Source of the DNA: a virus
Virus record (IMG/VR): IMGVR_UViG_3300044808_000010
Coordinates: 6,891 to 70,890 of that record
DNA length: 64,000 bases
Strand: one strand, 5' to 3'
Position numbers and translations under genes: made by a program
Notes under the pieces: generated by a model
Database searches by the model: none
Seen by the model: the letters and a program-made list of their open reading frames with translations, nothing else
What the model was told of the DNA's origin: nothing
In this document: positions 55,307-62,701 of the stretch, in pieces
Numbering within the stretch: position 1 is the first letter of the stretch
How the letters are laid out: every line of letters begins with the position of its first letter

Positions 55307-56822
55307 CGAATGGCTTGGCTGCTACAAAGGCGGCTGGAAGGGTTTGATCTGCGACGAAGCGTTCGCGCACCCTGCCAAATACTCACGTAAACTCATTGAA
55401 CACATCTATGAGCACGTCATCGCGGAAGGGTGGGCGCGCCCCGGCGATTCGGTCGTGGACCCGTTCGGCGGAGTTGCTTTGGGCGGGTTCGATGCCATGC
55501 GCCACGGTCTGAATTGGACAGGCTGCGAGTTGGAGGCAAAATTCGTCGGGCTCGGCAACCAAAACATAGATTTCTGGAATGAGCGATTTTCACGTCTCCC
55601 CCAGTGGGGGACTGCGCGGTTGCTTCAGGGCGATTCGCGGAATCTGGCGAGCGTGATTCGTGAGGCGCAATGCTGCGTTTCGAGTCCGCCTTACATCGAA
55701 AGCCTCAAGCCTGAAACCGAAGAACAGACCGCGGCAAAGCAGCGCCGCATTGCTGAATCGAAGTCGCGTTACGACGGGCGAAAGTTAGAGCAGCCTTCGC
55801 CAGGCAAAGCGGGATTAGGCGGCGGCTACGGAATCACTGAGGGCAATTTGGGCGCGATGCCGCCGGGCGATCTATGCGTCACCTCGCCGCCTTACGTTGG
55901 TTCACTTGCTAACGCCAAAAACTACGCGGATCCGGAGAAGGCGCAGGCCGACAGCGAGCGTGAGTTCATGCAGCATCGAAGCTCAACCTACGCCGATCTT
56001 CGCTACGGGGAAACCGAAGGAAATTTAGGCGCAATGCCTGAAGGTCAACTTGCAATCACGTCGCCGCCTTACGCCGCGATTTCACCCGAAAAATCCAGCA
56101 AGAGCGTTGACTACGAAAAGCAATACGCAACCTATCGCTCGCAAGGCGGCGGCGCATCCTTCGAGAAATTCGTCGCAACGCAGAAATTGCACTCAGGCGG
56201 CTATGGCAATAGTGAGGGGCAGCTATCGGCAATGGAAGCGGCAGGATTCGCGGCGGCGGTGAGTAGCCCGCCGTGGGAGTCTGTCGAAGGCGCGAATGCA
56301 GGAAAAAAACATAAAGACCCTGCAGCAGTAGCAAAAAAGCGGTCAGCCGAGTATGCCAGCGGAAAACTTAAAGGCCACCAAGCGAGCGAGGCCGCTATCC
56401 TGGCGCAGTTCGAACGCGAAAACGAATACAACTACGGGAATTCAGAAGGCCAACTTGGAGTTGAGCGCGGCGAAACCTTTTGGTCAGCGTCCCGCACGAT
56501 TCTCGAACAACTCTACGAAGTGCTCGCGCCCGGCTCGCACGCGGTCTTCGTCGTTAAGGCATTCGTCAGGAATAAACAAATCGTGGACTTCCCCGGACAG
56601 TGGGCGCAACTCTGTGAGGCGGTAGGATTCAAACTTCTGCACGATCATCACGCGCTTCTAACAGAGGAATACGGCGAACAGCATCGACTCGACGGCGGCT
56701 CCGACATCACCACAGTCGCTCGGAAATCTTTCTTTCGCCGCCTCGCTGAATCAAAAGGCTCTCCAAGGATCGACTTCGAAAACGTGCTCTGCTTCGAACG
56801 TCCCTTCACACCTGAAACCTAA
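55293..56822 (+). CDS. amino (N4-C/N6-A) DNA methyltransferase with four tandem SPP(Y/W) modules
   Basis: HPAK, VVDPFGG, GCELE, GDSR; SPPY x3 and SPPW. Confidence 0.85.
   Translation: MAQIDEWLGCYKGGWKGLICDEAFAHPAKYSRKLIEHIYEHVIAEGWARPGDSVVDPFGGVALGGFDAMRHGLNWTGCELEAKFVGLGNQNIDFWNERFSRLPQWGTARLLQGDSRNLASVIREAQCCVSSPPYIESLKPETEEQTAAKQRRIAESKSRYDGRKLEQPSPGKAGLGGGYGITEGNLGAMPPGDLCVTSPPYVGSLANAKNYADPEKAQADSEREFMQHRSSTYADLRYGETEGNLGAMPEGQLAITSPPYAAISPEKSSKSVDYEKQYATYRSQGGGASFEKFVATQKLHSGGYGNSEGQLSAMEAAGFAAAVSSPPWESVEGANAGKKHKDPAAVAKKRSAEYASGKLKGHQASEAAILAQFERENEYNYGNSEGQLGVERGETFWSASRTILEQLYEVLAPGSHAVFVVKAFVRNKQIVDFPGQWAQLCEAVGFKLLHDHHALLTEEYGEQHRLDGGSDITTVARKSFFRRLAESKGSPRIDFENVLCFERPFTPET
55597..55611. 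repeat. dispersed palindrome copy 15 TCCCCCAGTGGGGGA
   Basis: In methyltransferase, LPQWG. Confidence 0.95.
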
Positions 56823-57312
56823 ACCGTGGGTCTTTCAAGTCGCTGCGCTGGGCGGTAATCAGGCGCATCAACTCCTGCGCTCGCGACTCTGACCGCGGGA
56901 CCGTCTTGATCGCCTGCCGCGATAACCAGTCCGCCTGGGTGTTCTGCTCGCGCCGTATCCACTGCAACCGAACCTCTGGTATCTCTTTCACCAGTTTCAT
57001 CGCCTCACGATAATACGGCACGTACAGCCCTCTCTTCGCTTTCCAGCGCCCTGAAAGTTGCTGAATCACCAGTTTTGAGTCGCCAAAGATGATCCCTTCT
57101 CCAATCCCTTCGGCAATGAGGAACTTCATCACGGCGATACACCCACAGTATTCACCAACGTTCGAAGAAAGTTCAGGGCCAAATCCAACGTAACCTGATT
57201 GCGAGAAAAGAGTTTTTCCTTCTGACTTCACTAAAGCGCCATAGCTTGTATGGCCTCCGGGGTTTCCTGGCTCACAGGAGCCGTCGAACCAGCATTCAAC
57301 CTTGGTGATCAT
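56806..57312 (-). CDS. rnhA: ribonuclease HI-like protein
   Basis: WFDGSC..GNPG, SSNVGEY, GDSKLVIQQLSGRW, WIRREQNTQADWLS. Confidence 0.9.
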   Translation of the reverse strand: MITKVECWFDGSCEPGNPGGHTSYGALVKSEGKTLFSQSGYVGFGPELSSNVGEYCGCIAVMKFLIAEGIGEGIIFGDSKLVIQQLSGRWKAKRGLYVPYYREAMKLVKEIPEVRLQWIRREQNTQADWLSRQAIKTVPRSESRAQELMRLITAQRSDLKDPRFRFQV

Positions 57313-57829
57313 TCAAGCCTCCTGAGCAACGATTGGGTGGTGAGCGGAAGCGAAAGGCAGACCTTCCCCATTAGGGTTGGTTGCTGCCTCAAGCGTCTTA
57401 CACAGCGTTTACAACGACAGGTCTGGAGCCGCGTTATGCTTCAAGGCGCGGGTTCTGCTTGGAGGGGTCGCCGCTCTTCAGGCACATTGAGCGACGGGGC
57501 TGCAAATCGTTTAACGTCCTATCCAAGCACGCCGGCCACATAAAAGCGTCATGGCCGCCTCTGCCGAGGATTTACCGCAAGCGCTTCCGTTCGGACGGGA
57601 TACTCTCAAATTTGATTTGAAAATGATTATTCATCATCTGCATTCCTAAGATATCCAACTGGCATTATGCACAACCTTTTCAGTGGCGCAACCTTTTGTT
57701 TTATGGTAGGCTTTTTAGGTCGCGCAGACACCGGTTTCCGACCCGCCAGAGTCATCTCTGCTAAGGTATCCAACGGAACCCAACATCACGCCTCGGCCCC
57801 AAAGCCGGGGCGTTGGTGTGTCCAGACAC

Positions 57830-57860
57830 AAAAAGAGCGCGGGAAAGCGCCCGCGCCCCT
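57830..57860 (-). terminator. intrinsic terminator
   Basis: Minus strand GGGCGCGGG-CGCTTT-CCCGCGCTC-TTTTT downstream of the 57979 gene. Confidence 0.6.
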
Positions 57861-57978
57861 CTTGTATCAGATTGCCTTTTTCGTTTTTGTTAAGCCGTCC
57901 CGAGGTATTCCTTTCTCGTAACAAGATGGTAAAGCAGGGCGATTATGGATCGGCCTCGGCGGCGATGCAAGCGCCTAT

Positions 57979-58929
57979 TTAGCGCAGCGGACGGTCGGGC
58001 TTGGTCGCCGCCAGGACCTTCCTCACGCCATCCCAGAAGTCGGTGATCTTATGGCTCGGCCAGGTCGCCATCTCGGCAACGCTGATTTGAACCTCAATGT
58101 TGAACCGCAGGAATCCGTCGATCGACACGATGCTCGCTCGCGGGATTTCCATTGGCGGCGTCGGTTTCTCCCCCACGGGGGACACCGAATCGGGTGCTGG
58201 AATAATATTCCGGGAATTATCCGTGGCTTCCTCCTTCTTGTAAAAACCGCATTGATAGTGATGCCCGATGGTCGGCGGATCACAATTTCGCATACAGAAG
58301 GCGTCGCGCTCAAATTCCGGCGCAATCTCCGCCATAACCGCGGCGTCGGCTTCCAGGATCGCTTCTTCTACCACTTCCGGCGCGGTGCCCAGCATCTCTT
58401 GGACTTTCGCAATGGTTTCGGCGGACGTGCGGGCGATTTTCTTTTCCCCGGGCTTGTTGTACGGTTCGCCAGCGTTCATCCGAACGTACCAGCACCGGCC
58501 GCCATGCCGCCGAGGGCGCCCACAGCCGCATACCTCCGAAGTAATAGCTTTTGAAGTATCAGGTTCCGCGGTAACAGTTTTTGAAGTATCTGAGTGCCCG
58601 TTCTGATCGGTCTTTCGTTTCAACTCAGCGCGCGCCTGATAGCAGGCTCGACAATACTGCGCTGAACCCGGAGAGCGCGGCTTGCCGCAATCCAGACACT
58701 TCGGCTGATAATCTTCGTCAATGTGCCCCAATTTCTCACCTGCTCTCACGGAAAACCGGTCAAACCCATCTGCCGTTTCCCGCTTGTCGATCTCTAGCCA
58801 CTCGAACTGCAGCCGATGCAAAACTATGTCTAGGCGCCCGTAATCCAACCCCGTCTCACGGTGAAGCCCCGGCCGCGAGTCTACCCCGCGCCGAATCGCT
58901 GATAACACAATGTCCGTTTCTTCCTGCAC
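57979..58929 (-). CDS. winged-helix plus Cys/His-motif protein
   Basis: N-terminal wHTH-like; CLDCG..CRAC, CGCGRP..HGGRC. Confidence 0.6.
   Translation of the reverse strand: MQEETDIVLSAIRRGVDSRPGLHRETGLDYGRLDIVLHRLQFEWLEIDKRETADGFDRFSVRAGEKLGHIDEDYQPKCLDCGKPRSPGSAQYCRACYQARAELKRKTDQNGHSDTSKTVTAEPDTSKAITSEVCGCGRPRRHGGRCWYVRMNAGEPYNKPGEKKIARTSAETIAKVQEMLGTAPEVVEEAILEADAAVMAEIAPEFERDAFCMRNCDPPTIGHHYQCGFYKKEEATDNSRNIIPAPDSVSPVGEKPTPPMEIPRASIVSIDGFLRFNIEVQISVAEMATWPSHKITDFWDGVRKVLAATKPDRPLR
58169..58182. repeat. dispersed palindrome copy 16 TCCCCCACGGGGGA
   Basis: SPVGE. Confidence 0.95.
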
Positions 58930-58932
58930 ACG

Positions 58933-59286
58933 TTACGCCTTGGCGTTTTTCTCGTTCTTCTTCAAGCTGCCAACGACGCCCCGCTTGGCCCGCGCCGCCT
59001 GGAACCCCATCATGGCCGGATCCAAAAATGGCGCATTTACCTTCTCTCGCGCGGATGCCAGCGCCACCAACTGCTCGCCCCGGGGAACGCCCTCCAATGC
59101 CGCTACCAACGACCGCGCCAGCCTGTCCCGCCCGCCATACAGGTTCTCCAGCCCAGGCCCAGCGCCGGCAAACTCGCCGCTATCCATCCAACTTCGCGCC
59201 ACCCCTAAAGCGCTGCGCTGGTCGTACTGATTTACGCCAGCGCCTTCTACCAATGCGATAATCTCAACCGTTTTTGCCTTACTCAT
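58933..59286 (-). CDS. hypothetical protein
   Basis: ATGA overlap. Confidence 0.55.
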   Translation of the reverse strand: MSKAKTVEIIALVEGAGVNQYDQRSALGVARSWMDSGEFAGAGPGLENLYGGRDRLARSLVAALEGVPRGEQLVALASAREKVNAPFLDPAMMGFQAARAKRGVVGSLKKNEKNAKA

Positions 59287-59822
59287 GCAGGTCCATCCCT
59301 TCCAATACATTCGTCGCAGCCGTGCGGATCCGTCTGATGCCCAGCCGCCTCACAATCAGAGCACCGGGTCGCGTATCTCGCCCCCGCAAATTTCTTCCCA
59401 CAATGCTTACAATCCGCATTCTTCGGCAAATTCGACACGCCAACCTGAATTCCCACCACCTCTACAGGTTCTCCAAAGGTACCCGGCTCCGGCGAGGACG
59501 TTGACTCCACAGCGCCGCCAGCCGCTATACATCCCGCCTGCGCCACCCCCAGTACCCGCAGAACCGCTCGCTTCAATGCCTCCCCCGGCTCGCATTCCCA
59601 TAAAACACCTAATTCTTCAGCAGCGCGTTGCGTTTCAGGGTCCTGCGCTCCACCGGTCGGCATTTCGCCAGCAGCCCGCATCCCATCATAAACCGCAACG
59701 GCCTGCTCAAGCACCTCAGTCTCCGTTACCCGCCGCCCATCCTTACTGTCTTCTTTTGCCCACCACCGAATAACCCGGAGCGTCTCTTCGGATAAGCGTC
59801 GATTGAATTGTTCCTTTGCCAT
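59283..59822 (-). CDS. ribbon-helix-helix-like regulator with C-terminal zinc finger
   Basis: KEQFNRRLSEETLRVI...TETEVLEQAV; CKHCG..CSDC. Confidence 0.6.
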   Translation of the reverse strand: MAKEQFNRRLSEETLRVIRWWAKEDSKDGRRVTETEVLEQAVAVYDGMRAAGEMPTGGAQDPETQRAAEELGVLWECEPGEALKRAVLRVLGVAQAGCIAAGGAVESTSSPEPGTFGEPVEVVGIQVGVSNLPKNADCKHCGKKFAGARYATRCSDCEAAGHQTDPHGCDECIGRDGPA

Positions 59823-59920
59823 AAGACCTCTTTCTCTCAAAAGGACCGGATGGCGCGGCGCTGACCTACTCACGCGTTTCAGTCTGGCTATCCACTGAAC
59901 CACCCGATCCGTCTGGCACT

Positions 59921-59996
59921 GTATAGCAGGGCGTATAGCCGGTCAAGCGGAATCGTATAGCTAACTCCCGCTCCCCGTATATCAGCCGCGCTATAC
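59921..59996. promoter_or_regulatory. GTATAGC repeat cluster (putative operator)
   Basis: GTATAGC at 59921, 59933, 59955; GTATATC at 59977; inverted GCTATAC at 59990. Confidence 0.55.
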
Positions 59997-60673
59997 ACTC
60001 CGCATCATCCCGCCCAAAATAAATCCTATATTTTTCAGCGCCCCTATGGGTCCCCTTTCCGTTTGTTCGCGCAGACGGAGAGGCGGCGGGGGTTATGATA
60101 GTGGCAGCCGAGGAAACGGGACTCCGGCGCGATCCTCAGCACGGCGACTGCCGAGCCCATAATCACATAATGGCTATTATCAGACCCAAGCCAACGAGTA
60201 AACACAACAACTTACAGCCTTAGCCCTTCGATAGCGCAGACCAGGCACAAGATATAGGGGCTAACGCACTGGACAAGGCGGCGTCTGAGCCGTTGCGCTC
60301 AGGAGAACGGGCGCGCCCGCCTTGGTCTGGCGCGACGCACAACGCGCCGCCGCCGCTCCACGTGGGAAGGGCGCAGAGGCGCAGTATGAGGGGTTAAGGG
60401 TAGGTAGTAAGTGGTGGGCGCAGGATGGATTGGTAAGGCTGGAAAGGTGGAAGAACTGGGCGCAAAGACGCAGGCGGGGATTTGCGCTGGGGTAGGGAAT
60501 CTGGTCGAAGTGTGGCGCAAAAAGCAACAGTCAGTGTGGCGCGCGCACAACAGAGACAAGGGAGCGCGGTCTAAAGAAACATCGGAAAAACACCTCGGCG
60601 TGACAGCTTTGACACAAATGGGGAGTAGTCTGCGCTCGCAGTCGAGAACGAAACACTATATGGAGGTCAGGAC

Positions 60674-60856
60674 ATGAAGGCAGAAATAGACAGCAAAACG
60701 AACGAGTTGGTTATCAGGATACCGATGGGAGCGCCGCGGCCTAGTGCGTCGGGTAAGACGTTGGTAGTTGCGTCCTCGGGCGGGAACAAACAGACTGAGG
60801 CGCAGATCAATGGGAAGCCGATTGTTGTGGGCGTGAACGCGTACATTTATCGCTGA
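60674..60856 (+). CDS. conserved small early protein (SASGKTLVVASSGGN family)
   Basis: RBS GGAGG; recurring phage motif. Confidence 0.75.
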   Translation: MKAEIDSKTNELVIRIPMGAPRPSASGKTLVVASSGGNKQTEAQINGKPIVVGVNAYIYR

Positions 60857-60918
60857 TTGGTATCCGGCTGCATTCGCTGAATGTAGCCGCGTACTTCTAA
60901 TCAGAGAGCGCGAGAAAG
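60853..60918 (+). repeat. early-region hairpin repeat A
   Basis: CTGA..ATCCGGCTG-CATTC-GCT-GAATG-TAGCCGCGT..CGAGAAAG. Confidence 0.7.
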
Positions 60919-60927
60919 GTTGGGATT

Positions 60928-61299
60928 ATGGAAAGATTAAACACACCTTGGGGAGTTGCCGATCAGGTTGACAGGATAGGCGACAAGGGCATTTTGCACG
61001 TTTCGACGCCTTCGCATGGCGGTCTATTCGTTCCCGCTGAATTGCTGGAGCGGATGCCGGCGGCGTTGCGGGGCTCGAATAGCTATTCAGGTTGCGGAAA
61101 CTGGTTTGAAGAAGATGTCGAGTGGGCGATCCCGGTCCTCGCCTTCCCGGATGAGTTCCCGCCCGCCACCTGTCAGGCGGCTATCAGCACGGTAGCCAGT
61201 TATCGAGACGCTGCGCCAGGTAAATACTTTTCCAGCGTTGTCGCGTGGTTCAATACATCGGCCGCCTTGCCGGTGAAGCTACGGGGCGAACTATCTTGA
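60928..61299 (+). CDS. early protein (TPWG..STPSHGG..WFEED family, DUF7007-like)
   Basis: Motif recognition. Confidence 0.7.
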   Translation: MERLNTPWGVADQVDRIGDKGILHVSTPSHGGLFVPAELLERMPAALRGSNSYSGCGNWFEEDVEWAIPVLAFPDEFPPATCQAAISTVASYRDAAPGKYFSSVVAWFNTSAALPVKLRGELS

Positions 61300-61302
61300 C
61301 GC

Positions 61303-61364
61303 CTGATAGCGATCCGGCAGCGCGTCCGTGTAATGCGTTGCCGCGTCCCTATTGGACGAGAAAG
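61303..61364 (+). repeat. early-region hairpin repeat B
   Basis: CTGA..ATCCGGCAG-CGCGT-loop-ATGCG-TTGCCGCGT..CGAGAAAG. Confidence 0.7.
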
Positions 61365-61377
61365 CGAGTTTTGATTT

Positions 61378-61656
61378 ATGGCTTATCAACCTAAGACCGG
61401 AGCGCCTTGCGGCTGCAAACGCGGTATTCAGCGCGATAACTGCCCGAACTGTGAGGGCACAGGCCAGGTAATAGACTTCGCGGCAATTCGCGCGCGCACC
61501 CAAGCAAGCCGCATCAAGGGCGACCTTATGCGGCAAGGCGTCAACGTTTCGACTGACTGCATCCTTACCGCGTTAAGGCGTGGCGATTCGGAAAGCGAGA
61601 TCAAGGCCAGCATGAGCGCAATATGGAGCGACATTCTCGAGCGTGAAAGCGCGTAA
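61378..61656 (+). CDS. small zinc-finger early protein
   Basis: CGC..G..RDNCPNCEGTG. Confidence 0.65.
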   Translation: MAYQPKTGAPCGCKRGIQRDNCPNCEGTGQVIDFAAIRARTQASRIKGDLMRQGVNVSTDCILTALRRGDSESEIKASMSAIWSDILERESA

Positions 61657-61662
61657 CGCCGC

Positions 61663-61721
61663 CTGACCGCATCCGGCAGTCTCGCTTGCGAGTTTGCCGC
61701 GTGTCGTTTGACGCGAGAAAG
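61663..61721 (+). repeat. early-region hairpin repeat C
   Basis: CTGA..ATCCGGCAG-TCTCG-CTTG-CGAGT-TTGCCGCGT..CGAGAAAG. Confidence 0.7.
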
Positions 61722-61733
61722 CAGAGGAACTTT

Positions 61734-62006
61734 ATGAGCGGACAGAAACAGGACAACATACTGGTATCCCGAAGTTGGGTTGAGCAAGCGCAGGTAAGGG
61801 TTAATGCCCATGATGCACTTGTCCGAGCGTTGCGTCAGTTGAACCATATGGGCGGTGATGATCGGGGCGGCTACTGCATTTGTCCGCGTCAGGATGGTAG
61901 CGCGGCTGACGATCAGCACTCTTCGGGATGCGCTGACGCCCGCGCCGCGCTCAACCTCGCAGAAGGCGAAAAGTCCCCCACTGGGGGAGAAAGTCGGTCA
62001 AAATGA
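61734..62006 (+). CDS. hypothetical early protein
   Basis: RBS GAGGA; VNAHDALVRAL...ARAAL..AEG phage motif. Confidence 0.6.
   Translation: MSGQKQDNILVSRSWVEQAQVRVNAHDALVRALRQLNHMGGDDRGGYCICPRQDGSAADDQHSSGCADARAALNLAEGEKSPTGGESRSK
61974..61988. repeat. dispersed palindrome copy 17 TCCCCCACTGGGGGA
   Basis: SPTGG at gene end. Confidence 0.95.
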
Positions 62007-62221
62007 GTTTGCAAGAATCAATCACGGACACTTGGATGCGCGTGTCTCGTCCCGATCAGCGATCCCTCTCAAACTGGCTGGGCTTCTATCGAAAGATGCT
62101 GCACAACCGAGGGGCCAAGGGCATTCACGAAGCCCGCCGCACTGAGGGCGGGACGTGTCTCGAATGCGGCGAAGATGGCCGCTGTCCCGGCTACCACTAT
62201 CAAGGAGAGTTTGAGCAATGA
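62003..62221 (+). CDS. small Cys-motif early protein
   Basis: CLECGE..RCPGYH; ATGA overlap. Confidence 0.55.
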   Translation: MSLQESITDTWMRVSRPDQRSLSNWLGFYRKMLHNRGAKGIHEARRTEGGTCLECGEDGRCPGYHYQGEFEQ

Positions 62222-62315
62222 GACTACGCAAAGCACACAACAATCTGAAGCGCCAGCAATGGCAGGCCATGAAGCTGCGGCTATTGGCTGCGCTGAAACA
62301 ATGGGAGGCAGGGCG

Positions 62316-62609
62316 ATGACTGACCTTAATCGCAGAGTAGCCAGGTTGACCACGGCGCGGCGCCATGAGAAGTCCAAAACCCGAGCCGTGGTACTAAGTC
62401 TCGAACCGCCGGCCTCTATTGGCGTTCGATTGGCTGGAACTCGTCAAACTTTCAGGCTTGAGGCTGAGTCAGTTTATGAGTTGGCCGTGCGCTCACATAC
62501 GCAGCGCATCGAGCGCAGAGCCAAGGCAATAGCCAAGTCTGAGGGCTTAAAGATGCGCTCCGCGCTGGTGAAGGCGCGGAAAGAATTAAGCGCGGATCTT
62601 AAGCCGTGA
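62316..62609 (+). CDS. basic hypothetical protein
   Basis: RBS GGGAGG; ATG 62316. Confidence 0.6.
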   Translation: MTDLNRRVARLTTARRHEKSKTRAVVLSLEPPASIGVRLAGTRQTFRLEAESVYELAVRSHTQRIERRAKAIAKSEGLKMRSALVKARKELSADLKP

Positions 62610-62701
62610 GCAAATAAAATTGGTTTCGACATACTTTCGTGAAATTTGAGGTTTAGGATGTGCGACAGATTAGAAACCCCCCAAAGGAGCACAATTCAAA
62701 A

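Noticed and set aside
56806-57830. Retron or diversity-generating retroelement suggested by RNase H plus structured RNA
   Set aside because: No reverse transcriptase motif (YxDD) recognised and no template/variable repeat pair seen in the window.
3630-61988. Palindrome copies as CRISPR repeats, REP elements or IS ends
   Set aside because: Copies are isolated, only 14-15 bp, mostly intragenic, with no spacers, clustering, target duplications or transposase.
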